From Candidatus Nanosynbacter lyticus (GTDB lineage: Bacteria > Patescibacteriota > Saccharimonadia > Saccharimonadales > Saccharimonadaceae): a stretch of DNA of 32,000 bases. The DNA lies in contig NZ_CP007496.1 of the NCBI RefSeq assembly GCF_000803625.1, forward strand, positions 90,001 through 122,000. Direction: 5' to 3'. Each line of letters starts with the position of its first letter. Within the stretch, counting starts at the first letter, position 1. The notes under the pieces were generated by a model. That model was not told where the DNA came from. It was given only the letters and a program-made list of their open reading frames with translations, and did not search any database. Below are positions 1 to 7,181 of this stretch, in pieces. The translations under genes and the position numbers were made by a program.

Positions 1-924
1 CAGGCTGCAGGAGTACTCAATGGTCCGATTAACTGTAATATGGTTGCCGCCTCTGGCGTTGTCGGCGGTAGTACATCTGGCGATACTATTATTCAGACTG
101 GCACCGGCGCTGGTAAGAGGTTTGATCAGGCCTATACTTGTGTAAAGATTACTATGAAATCTCAGGATTTTATATATAAATCTATTGAAGATAAATCCCA
201 GCTTATACCGCTACGTGCAACCAGCTCATTTAATAAGATATCAATTGAGTGGTATCGCCGCGATGATGAAAGTAACCTTGGTGGCGCAAACGCAGTTAAT
301 ACTGAGATATCTACCACGGGAGATTTGCCGGCAAGGAATAGCTGGCATAGTAACACTCCTCAATTGATGAGGGCGCAGCTAATTAATCCAGGGCCAACAT
401 TTAGCTTATCAACATTGGATACGACTGGCGTCACCTCCTTTTTCCGACCAAACGTATTGAGGTCAGATGTAGCAGGGCAAGATGGAACTGCAGTTTCTGG
501 CAAGACGTCAGATCGACCAAGGGCAACTGACGGAAATGAGCATAATAATGGAACGAATATAGTATCTTGTAGCAAGACCTTTAAATTTTCTGGCGAATAT
601 TCGTGCAAGGCGGTGATTGAAGTTGATGAAATTGCTGCAGGCAGCGAAACGGCTTTTTTGAGACTAACTTCCATATACAAGGGTGGCAGCGTAAAAGTTT
701 CACTTCAAAAAACGGATGGCACTATCGTAAATTTCGATGGAGTTCAGCCTATAGTTGACTCAACGGGACGAGCGAGTAATTTATTTAGACGAGTCGAGGC
801 GCGTCTGCAAATTGGCGATGATTTTGCTTATCCAGATAACGCGATTGAGCTAAAGAATAGCCTCTGTAAAGATTTCTCCGTATCTGGTAGAGGATCTGCC
901 GTTGCTGGTCGATGCAAACCTTAA
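1..924 (+). CDS. hypothetical secreted/surface protein, 5' end cut by window edge
   Basis: Track ORF 40..924. The same frame is open from base 1, so the gene probably starts upstream of the window. No catalytic motif recognised. The C-terminal ...RRVEARLQIG... only loosely recalls PilX-type pilus-associated proteins. Confidence 0.45.
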   Translation, partial: QAAGVLNGPINCNMVAASGVVGGSTSGDTIIQTGTGAGKRFDQAYTCVKITMKSQDFIYKSIEDKSQLIPLRATSSFNKISIEWYRRDDESNLGGANAVNTEISTTGDLPARNSWHSNTPQLMRAQLINPGPTFSLSTLDTTGVTSFFRPNVLRSDVAGQDGTAVSGKTSDRPRATDGNEHNNGTNIVSCSKTFKFSGEYSCKAVIEVDEIAAGSETAFLRLTSIYKGGSVKVSLQKTDGTIVNFDGVQPIVDSTGRASNLFRRVEARLQIGDDFAYPDNAIELKNSLCKDFSVSGRGSAVAGRCKP

Positions 925-931
925 AGGTAAT

Positions 932-1849
932 TTATGTATCGCTATGAAAGCGTTCATGAATATCTTTTAGATGTTGATCTGTAACATGGGTGTATACCTG
1001 AGTTGTTGATATATTGCTATGTCCTAGCATAGATTGGACCGAGCGTAGATCGGCACCATTCATTAGAAGGTCGGTTGCAAAACTATGCCTCATGGTGTGT
1101 GGGCTTACGTGTTTGGTAATGCCAGCTAGGCGTGCATATTGGCTAACCATTCGTTGAATGCTACGAGCGCTTAGGCGGCGGTAATCGCCAGAAGTGCTGG
1201 GTGTGATGGTTCGTTTACTGCAACTTAGGAATAGTGCGGGTAGGCTATCTGTTCTTGAGTTCAGATATGTGGATACATGTTTGGCGGCACCTTTTGATAT
1301 AAAGACTGGTCGGTCTTTTTGTCCTTTTCCTCGCACCATAAACTCGCGCCTTGTTAGGTTTATATGATCCCGATTTAAGTTGACTAATTCAGAGACGCGG
1401 AGGCCGCTGGAAAACAGCAACTCCACAATTGCCCGATCTCTCAGCCCCGATTCGGTGTCGGTTGGTATTTGCTCAATCATTCGCAGCACCTCGTCATATT
1501 GTAGAAAAGTTACTTGTTTCCGGACAGTCTTGGGTAGGATAATTTTATCCGCAGCCAAACTTTTGATATCGCGTCGAGAAAGGTATGTGAGTAGCCCTCG
1601 AAGTGCAATTAGATGATAGCTTTGTGTGATTAAAGATAAGCTTTCGCCTGTGTTGTCATTTTTATAACGGTTTAGCCAGAGACGATATTGCCTAATTAGC
1701 TCTGATGTAATTTTATCAACAGGTATATCACCGGCAAAATCGATAAATCTCTCTAGATAGAGCTGATAATTTATAATAGTTTTTTGACTGCGTCCACTCT
1801 CAACTTCCAGGTGTTCTAGAAAATCAGTTAGGGCTTCTGATATAAACAT
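932..1849 (-). CDS. tyrosine site-specific recombinase, XerC/XerD family
   Basis: 305 aa. N-terminal core-binding domain (TDFLEHLEVESGRSQKTIINY). C-terminal catalytic signature RHSFATDLLMNGADLRSVQSMLGHSNISTTQVYTHV (HxxR ... H ... Y). Confidence 0.9.
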   Translation of the reverse strand: MFISEALTDFLEHLEVESGRSQKTIINYQLYLERFIDFAGDIPVDKITSELIRQYRLWLNRYKNDNTGESLSLITQSYHLIALRGLLTYLSRRDIKSLAADKIILPKTVRKQVTFLQYDEVLRMIEQIPTDTESGLRDRAIVELLFSSGLRVSELVNLNRDHINLTRREFMVRGKGQKDRPVFISKGAAKHVSTYLNSRTDSLPALFLSCSKRTITPSTSGDYRRLSARSIQRMVSQYARLAGITKHVSPHTMRHSFATDLLMNGADLRSVQSMLGHSNISTTQVYTHVTDQHLKDIHERFHSDT

Positions 1850-1937
1850 ATACTTATTTTACAGTTAGAGGGCTGGTTTATCAAATCATCTATTTTTGGT
1901 ACTATAATAAAAATAATAATGAGCAAAGGAGCAACCT

Positions 1938-2462
1938 ATGTCAGATAGTGAAAAAAAATATTGTGGCGTTGAAAGAACGTTGATTGTTTTTAAGCCTGAT
2001 GCTGTTCAGCGAGGAATAGTTGGGGAAATTTTACAACGTTTTGAGCGAGTCGGCTTGAAGATAGTTGGTGTAAAAATGACATCACCGTCTAGAGATCATT
2101 ACTATGCGCACTATGAGGACATAGGTAAGTTGGCTACGCGTCGGGGCGAGGGTACACTAAACATAACGTTAGATATGATGATGGACGGTCCGGTCATAGC
2201 AATGGTATTAGAGGGAGTTGAAGCTGTAGCTGTCGTTAGGAAGATCGTTGGTCCAACTGAGCCAAAGTCAGCAGATATGGGAACCATTCGTGGCGACTAT
2301 TCTCATATTAGCTTTGGCTATGCTGATGAGTGCCAAAAGGGTGTGCCAAACCTAATCCACGCTTCAGGTGACCCAGAGGAGGCCGTTAGCGAGATTAACC
2401 ACTGGTTTAAGCCGGAGGAGCTAGTTAGCTATCATACACTAAGTGAGAAGTTTACGCGTTAG
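1938..2462 (+). CDS. ndk: nucleoside diphosphate kinase
   Basis: ERTLIVFKPDAVQRGIVGEILQRFERVGLKIVGVKM plus TIRGDY...IHASD-like motifs. AAGGAG Shine-Dalgarno 6 nt upstream. TATAAT at 1903-1908. Confidence 0.93.
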   Translation: MSDSEKKYCGVERTLIVFKPDAVQRGIVGEILQRFERVGLKIVGVKMTSPSRDHYYAHYEDIGKLATRRGEGTLNITLDMMMDGPVIAMVLEGVEAVAVVRKIVGPTEPKSADMGTIRGDYSHISFGYADECQKGVPNLIHASGDPEEAVSEINHWFKPEELVSYHTLSEKFTR

Positions 2463-2486
2463 GCTGGTCTACCTGAGAGCTACTCG

Positions 2487-2495
2487 TGGTATAAT
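2487..2495 (+). promoter_or_regulatory. extended -10 promoter (TGGTATAAT) for tRNA-Arg
   Basis: TGGTATAAT ends 8 nt before the mature tRNA 5' end. The same 9-mer precedes rnpB and the tmRNA gene. Confidence 0.6.
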
Positions 2496-2503
2496 TAGGT
2501 TAT

Positions 2504-2580
2504 GCCTCGGTAGCTCAACTGGATAGAGCAGATCCGTCCTAAGGATAAGGTTGCAGGTTCGACTCCTGCCCGGGGTACCA
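2504..2580 (+). tRNA. tRNA-Arg (anticodon CCU), CCA encoded
   Basis: Hand-folded cloverleaf: acceptor GCCTCGG/CCGGGGT, T arm GCAGG-TTCGACT-CCTGC, anticodon loop GTCCTAA. Confidence 0.85.
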
Positions 2581-2585
2581 CGTAT

Positions 2586-3116
2586 ATGACAGGACAGCTA
2601 AAAGATAAGCAATTTGATGGACAGCGTGACGGGGAGCAGCTATTGTTCGTATTTCGTCGTCATATTATTGCTATGCGTAAAGGGTTTTACCTACTTCTCG
2701 GGTCAATGGCGTTCGGGTCGTTGCCGTTTCTTATCTGGCAAGATAACCTGAATTTATTATGGTTGTTTCTTGGTAGTTTTGTTTTTGGTCTGGTACTGTT
2801 TTCTTACCATTTTTTGATGTGGTTTTACACTTATTACATTGTTACAGATCAGAGAATCCGTCAAATTACACAGCATGGTTTTTTTGGTAAGGACGTAATT
2901 GAGCTGAAATTATCAAAAATTCAAAATATTAGCTATAATATTCCAGGATTTAGTGGGGAGATGTTTAAGTTTGGCACAATTATTATTCAGACGTTTGTTG
3001 GTGATCTTGTTATAAAAAATGTAGAGCATCCGGACGATGTCTATAATAAACTACAGGATGCGGTAGAACTTTCGGCGAAAAAGGAGGGTGATAATGAAAA
3101 ATCTATTGAATCGTAA
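2586..3116 (+). CDS. membrane protein with bacterial PH (bPH/YdbT-like) domain
   Basis: 176 aa. Two N-terminal hydrophobic helices followed by IVTDQRIRQIT...LSKIQNISYN...FGTIIIQT, typical of bPH_2 domains. The ATG lies 5 nt after the tRNA-Arg CCA and has no SD. Confidence 0.6.
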   Translation: MTGQLKDKQFDGQRDGEQLLFVFRRHIIAMRKGFYLLLGSMAFGSLPFLIWQDNLNLLWLFLGSFVFGLVLFSYHFLMWFYTYYIVTDQRIRQITQHGFFGKDVIELKLSKIQNISYNIPGFSGEMFKFGTIIIQTFVGDLVIKNVEHPDDVYNKLQDAVELSAKKEGDNEKSIES

Positions 3117-4092
3117 AGATAAAAAACAACCAAAGAAGCTACCTACGAGGATTACAAATGATACTGTAGCTCAGCATCGCGAAAAGGTCTTGGCGGCTGG
3201 TCGTAAGCATAAATATCCCATCCAGTATACTAAGCGTCGGTTGGTATGGATAACAATGTTTGTTAGCGTGGCAATTTTAGCTATTTTCGTTGGTCTTGGT
3301 TGGGCTCAGCTGTACTTGTGGAAAGATACTAGTGATATTGCCTATAGAATTACTAAAATTTTGCCTCTTCCAGTGGCGAATATAGATGGAGAAAATGCGA
3401 ATTATAGTGATTATTTGCTGTACCATCGAAGCTCGCTGGCTGTTCTGCAGACCCAAGGGCAATCTGATCAAAAAGACAAAGTTAAGTTTTATCAAAATCA
3501 GTCAATAAATAAAGCCCTAGAGGTCGCATACGCTAAAAGGCTTGCAAGAGAAAATAATATTACAGTTGACGATAACAAGGTTCAGGATCTAATTAAAAAG
3601 CAACAAGAATCCAGCAAACTTTCACAGTCTGCTTATGAATCTGTAGTAAAAGATAATCTGCACTGGTCTATGGATGAGTTAAAGATAGCAATGAAATACA
3701 CCTTATTAAAGCAGGAAGTATCGTTTAAGATTGATAAGACGGCTGACGATTTGGTGTCTACTATCCAAAATAAGGTGAAGAGTGGAAAATCTTTAAAAGA
3801 TATTGCTGATGAGATGGGCAATAAAGTCCAGCCTGTATTTAATCTGTCTGTTTCTACGGACAACTCTGATGGTGGATTGACAAAATCTGCTACATTGCTA
3901 GCAAAAGGTAAAATATCAGAACCACTAAAAACCTTAGCTGGCGACGGCTACTATTTTGTGACACTTAACAGTTTTGAGGATAATACGGTAAATTATTCTT
4001 ACGTTAAGGTGCCGCTAACAGAATTTAATAATCGGTTTAATTATCTTAAGAACAACAATAAGGTAAAATATTTTATCTCCATTGATAAATAA
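3094..4092 (+). CDS. membrane-anchored SurA-N/parvulin-like (PrsA/PpiD-type) chaperone candidate
   Basis: Track ORF 3088..4092. ATG at 3094 is preferred because AAGGAGGG sits 5-6 nt upstream. One N-terminal TM helix, then VANIDGENANYSDYLLY (SurA_N-like) and a degenerate rotamase-like tail ending GKISEPLKTLAGDGYYFV. Confidence 0.5.
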   Translation: MKNLLNRKDKKQPKKLPTRITNDTVAQHREKVLAAGRKHKYPIQYTKRRLVWITMFVSVAILAIFVGLGWAQLYLWKDTSDIAYRITKILPLPVANIDGENANYSDYLLYHRSSLAVLQTQGQSDQKDKVKFYQNQSINKALEVAYAKRLARENNITVDDNKVQDLIKKQQESSKLSQSAYESVVKDNLHWSMDELKIAMKYTLLKQEVSFKIDKTADDLVSTIQNKVKSGKSLKDIADEMGNKVQPVFNLSVSTDNSDGGLTKSATLLAKGKISEPLKTLAGDGYYFVTLNSFEDNTVNYSYVKVPLTEFNNRFNYLKNNNKVKYFISIDK

Positions 4093-4102
4093 TCTTTTTG
4101 GT

Positions 4103-4130
4103 TTGAAAAACCCTCTATTTTTGTTATAAT
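4103..4130 (+). promoter_or_regulatory. promoter TTGAAA-16-TGTTATAAT for tRNA-Thr and the downstream CDS
   Basis: -35 TTGAAA at 4103-4108. Extended -10 TATAAT at 4125-4130. The tRNA starts at 4145. Confidence 0.65.
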
Positions 4131-4144
4131 TTCTTAAGGAGTTT

Positions 4145-4220
4145 GCCGTTGTAGCTCAGCTGGTAGAGCAGCTCATTCGTAACGAGCAGGTCGCTGGTTC
4201 AAGCCCAGTCAACGGCTCCA
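4145..4220 (+). tRNA. tRNA-Thr (anticodon CGU), CCA encoded
   Basis: Cloverleaf: acceptor GCCGTTG/CAACGGC, anticodon loop TTCGTAA, T arm GCTGG-TTCAAGC-CCAGT. Confidence 0.88.
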
Positions 4221-4224
4221 TTTT

Positions 4225-4602
4225 ATGAAAGATACTATCAATAAATCGATAAAAACCGTTTTAAGCGATCGTGGAATATCTATCCTTTTGATTGTTAATA
4301 TCATAGTTTTTATTGCTATCTCCATATTCTTGATAACATCTATTAAGCATAGCGAAGCGCAGGTTATCACTCGCTACACTGCGTATGGAGTTGCAAACTT
4401 TTATAGAAACCATTGGTACAGTTTGTTCGGATATATTGCTCTAGCTTTTATGATTGTATTTGGACATTCTATATTAAGCATTAAGTTGGTTTCGTTAGAA
4501 AAGCGCAGTATGGCTGTATTTTTTCTGTGGTTGACTTTGGGAATCTTGATTGTTTTGACTGCATTGGCATATTCAATTATTAAAATTGCATCATTAGGAT
4601 AA
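4225..4602 (+). CDS. small multi-pass membrane protein, unknown function
   Basis: 125 aa with 3-4 hydrophobic helices. The ATG lies 4 nt after the tRNA-Thr CCA and has no SD. Directly upstream of the GT2 synthase gene. Confidence 0.6.
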   Translation: MKDTINKSIKTVLSDRGISILLIVNIIVFIAISIFLITSIKHSEAQVITRYTAYGVANFYRNHWYSLFGYIALAFMIVFGHSILSIKLVSLEKRSMAVFFLWLTLGILIVLTALAYSIIKIASLG

Positions 4603-4606
4603 ATGT

Positions 4607-6289
4607 ATGGATATTGAAATTCCACTTGGCAAACGAACAAAAAAATATCGATTTTTTGAAATATTACCGGGATTGTTAAGCTACGGAGCTATCATTCTCC
4701 TCATTATTCTATCGATAGTTAATCCTATTCTGGCGTCAATATATCTTCTGACTATTATTTTAGTAGCTTTTGTGAAGACGATTGCCATTAGCTATAGGGT
4801 GGTTAGTGGTCACAGAAACATGGAAAGAGCATCTAGGGTTGATTGGAGCAGGCGTTTAATGGACTTAGAGAGTCCAAAAGAATCGTATTCTAGGTTGAGA
4901 GATATCCCCTCTGGGGCGTTGCTTTATAAACAACACTTAGAGAATCTGAGGTTTATGTCAGCTGCAGAGGAAGGGCATTTCCCAAAGCCCGGTAATATTT
5001 ACAACGCCCTCATAATGCCGGCATACAATGAAAGTATTGAGGTGATAGAGCCTGCACTAAAGTCAGTCTTAGAGACGACCTACGACAAGACGCGTTTGAT
5101 TGTTGTTTTTGCCTATGAAGAACGTGGTGGCGCTGAAATTGATAAGACAGCCCATATTTTAAAGGAAAAGTACGGTAAGAATTTTCACTCTTTCCATATA
5201 GTAAAGCATCCAAAAGACCTACCAAATGAAGTTGTTGGTAAGGGAGGGAATATTACCTATGCTGGTAAATGGCTGCAGCAGTATTTACAACATGAAGGAA
5301 TAGCCTTTTCTGATGTAATAGTTACAACAATGGACTGCGATAATAAGCCGCACAAGCACTACTTTGACTATTTAACGTATGAATATATCACACATGAAGA
5401 CAGGAAGCATTTATCGTTCCAGCCAATATGCTTGTTTACTAATAATATATGGGACGTACCTGCGCCGATGAGAGTGGTGGCGACGGGTAATTCATTCTGG
5501 AATATTATTAGTTCTATGAGGCCTTACTCTTTGCGCAATTTTGCATCTCATGCGCAACCTATGAGTGCGCTTGTGGAGATGAACTTCTGGAGTACCCGTA
5601 CAATTGTCGAAGACGGACATCAATATTGGCGTAGCTATTTTTATTTCAACGGCAATTATGAGGTCGTGCCAATGTTCGTTCCAATCTATCAGGATGCGGT
5701 ATTGTCTAGTGGCTATGTAAAAACGTTACGCGCTCAGTTTATTCAATTACGTCGTTGGAGTTATGGCGCTTCAGATGTGGCGTATGTCGGTAATAATGTA
5801 TTCAATAAGGATAGGAAGGTAAGGTTTTTGCCGAGCTTGGCGAGGTTTATAAGATTATTAGATGGACATGTTACACAGGCCTGCATTGCGCTAATCGTTG
5901 CGTTTGGTGGATGGGCGCCGCTTGTATTAAACGGCGAGGCTGCTCGTAGTGTTGCTGCTCATCAATTGCCCGATACAGTAAGTCTGATACAGCAGGTGGC
6001 AATGGTTGGTATACTGGTGTTAATTTTTGTATCATTTAAGCTTCTGCCTCCACGCCCAGAAAGATATAAGAAGCGTAGGAATATACTTATGGTTATGCAG
6101 TGGGCTTTGATGCCGGTAATCGCTATTGTATACAGTTCAATGGCTTCGTACAATGCTCAGACGCATCTTTTATTTGGTAAGTATCTTGATAAATTTGATG
6201 TAACGGAAAAAACTACTGTTGAGATGAATGACCAGGGTCGTTCTCGGGGTAATAAAAAGAGGGGCGACCGCGTCTCTTCCGCTGACTAG
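4607..6289 (+). CDS. integral-membrane family 2 glycosyltransferase, processive (cellulose/chitin-synthase-like) type
   Basis: 560 aa. N- and C-terminal TM helices. Motifs MPAYNES, DCD (DxD), VEDGHQY (ED) and QLRRWSYG (QxxRW). Confidence 0.8.
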   Translation: MDIEIPLGKRTKKYRFFEILPGLLSYGAIILLIILSIVNPILASIYLLTIILVAFVKTIAISYRVVSGHRNMERASRVDWSRRLMDLESPKESYSRLRDIPSGALLYKQHLENLRFMSAAEEGHFPKPGNIYNALIMPAYNESIEVIEPALKSVLETTYDKTRLIVVFAYEERGGAEIDKTAHILKEKYGKNFHSFHIVKHPKDLPNEVVGKGGNITYAGKWLQQYLQHEGIAFSDVIVTTMDCDNKPHKHYFDYLTYEYITHEDRKHLSFQPICLFTNNIWDVPAPMRVVATGNSFWNIISSMRPYSLRNFASHAQPMSALVEMNFWSTRTIVEDGHQYWRSYFYFNGNYEVVPMFVPIYQDAVLSSGYVKTLRAQFIQLRRWSYGASDVAYVGNNVFNKDRKVRFLPSLARFIRLLDGHVTQACIALIVAFGGWAPLVLNGEAARSVAAHQLPDTVSLIQQVAMVGILVLIFVSFKLLPPRPERYKKRRNILMVMQWALMPVIAIVYSSMASYNAQTHLLFGKYLDKFDVTEKTTVEMNDQGRSRGNKKRGDRVSSAD

Positions 6290-6695
6290 TGATTAGATTG
6301 TGCTGGGCAGCGTACTGTAGGGCTGCTATTTGATCAAAATTCTGTAGAGTAGAGTGGGTAATCTTTGCTATATCTTGTGTTGATATTGTATGTTTGTTTT
6401 GTAGAAATAGTAGCTTATCTTGTACGGTATTTGCTAAATCGTAGCTGTAAAAATCAGCTGCTTTTTTATCATGATTAAAACTTCGTGCAATACTGATGAT
6501 TAGCTTGCCTATAGAGAAGTTATTAATATTGTTTTCTTTCGATAGGACTGGAAGGTGAATTACCGGCTTCTCGTAGGTTGTAAAAGAGTGCCCGCATCGT
6601 GTGCACACATGTCTTCTCCATGTTGTCGGATATTTTTTATTTTGACGAGAGTTAACTATGCGGGTTTTGTCGTGAAAACATTTTAAACATATCAT
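6213..6695 (-). CDS. nrdR: transcriptional repressor NrdR (zinc ribbon + ATP-cone), divergent
   Basis: MICLKCFHDKTRIVNSRQ...RRHVCTRCGHSFTTYE matches the NrdR CxxC...CxxC zinc ribbon. A C-terminal ATP-cone-length region follows. The 3' end overlaps the GT2 gene by 77 nt. Confidence 0.75.
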   Translation of the reverse strand: MICLKCFHDKTRIVNSRQNKKYPTTWRRHVCTRCGHSFTTYEKPVIHLPVLSKENNINNFSIGKLIISIARSFNHDKKAADFYSYDLANTVQDKLLFLQNKHTISTQDIAKITHSTLQNFDQIAALQYAAQHNLITSQRKRRGRPSFYYPENDPGHSSQQ

Positions 6696-6754
6696 ATCAA
6701 TATATTGTCATATAACTATAAAAAAATCTAGTGGAAAAGTACTGTGTAAAATAA

Positions 6755-6776
6755 AAAGCCCCATCTACAGGGGCTT
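6755..6776. terminator. intrinsic terminator hairpin (AAAGCCCC-N-GGGGCTTT), serves the minus-strand small ORF
   Basis: 8-bp GC-rich stem. On the minus strand it is followed by TTTTTATTTT, 29 nt after the stop of the 47-aa ORF. Confidence 0.7.
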
Positions 6777-6804
6777 TCAGCGCTACTGTGTATTAAGTAG
6801 AGGT

Positions 6805-6948
6805 CTAACGATTGTGCGGATCAGCAGACAGCGCAGATCTCTCCTCGTTAATCTTCCTGTTGTATTCATAATGAAGTTGCGCTTTGCTCAACAGGGAGCA
6901 TGATTGTTTGATTTTTGTGTCTAATTGCGGTGAGCTATGTTTACTCAT
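6805..6948 (-). CDS. unannotated small protein, 47 aa (MSKHSSPQLDTKIKQSCSLLSKAQLHYEYNRKINEERSALSADPHNR)
   Basis: Below the 60-aa cutoff of the ORF track. Consensus promoter TTGACA-17-TAATAT ends 7 nt before the ATG, and an intrinsic terminator follows the stop. Confidence 0.45.
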   Translation of the reverse strand: MSKHSSPQLDTKIKQSCSLLSKAQLHYEYNRKINEERSALSADPHNR

Positions 6949-6955
6949 ACTATGG

Positions 6956-6984
6956 ATATTAACATATTTGCTCTATAATGTCAA
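6956..6984 (-). promoter_or_regulatory. promoter TTGACA-17-TAATAT for the 47-aa ORF (leaderless geometry)
   Basis: Minus-strand -35 at 6979-6984 and -10 at 6956-6961. The ATG is at 6948. Confidence 0.6.
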
Positions 6985-7006
6985 TGCTTACATCGATAAA
7001 ATTAAA

Positions 7007-7036
7007 ATACCCTTTATTAATAAAGGGTATGTTTTT
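7007..7036. terminator. bidirectional terminator, 24-nt perfect palindrome ATACCCTTTATT/AATAAAGGGTAT
   Basis: Lies downstream of tRNA-Val(GAC) on the minus strand. T/A runs on both sides. Confidence 0.65.
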
Positions 7037-7044
7037 GTCGTATC

Positions 7045-7121
7045 TGGTGGGCAATAGAGGATTCGAACCTCTCACCTCTTCAACGTCAATGAAGCGCTCT
7101 AGCCAAATGAGCTAATCGCCC
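7045..7121 (-). tRNA. tRNA-Val (anticodon GAC), CCA encoded
   Basis: The reverse complement folds as a cloverleaf: acceptor GGGCGAT/ATTGCCC, anticodon arm CTTCA-TTGACGT-TGAAG, T loop TTCGAAT. Confidence 0.88.
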
Positions 7122-7131
7122 AGATGTAATA

Positions 7132-7160
7132 ATACTATCACAACAGATATCTGTTCGCAA
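7132..7160 (-). promoter_or_regulatory. promoter TTGCGA-17-TGATAGTAT for tRNA-Val(GAC)
   Basis: Minus-strand -35 at 7155-7160 and -10 at 7132-7137. The spacer contains the 12-bp palindrome ACAGATATCTGT. Confidence 0.6.
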
Positions 7161-7166
7161 GGAGCG

Positions 7167-7175
7167 TGCTATAAT
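7167..7175 (+). promoter_or_regulatory. extended -10 (TGCTATAAT) for thrS, 6 nt before the ATG
   Basis: TATAAT at 7170-7175 and ATG at 7182. No correctly spaced SD. Confidence 0.55.
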
Positions 7176-7181
7176 ATTGAT

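Noticed and set aside
932-2580. Xer-type recombinase 650 nt from tRNA-Arg as a marker of an integrated island
   Set aside because: No duplicated tRNA 3' segment or att-like direct repeat is found in the window. The flanking genes are core housekeeping genes, and the protein has the XerC/D layout expected of the chromosomal dimer-resolution enzyme.
3088-3093. GTG start at 3088 for the SurA-like CDS
   Set aside because: ATG at 3094 has ideal spacing from the AAGGAGGG SD at 3081-3088. The GTG overlaps the SD itself.
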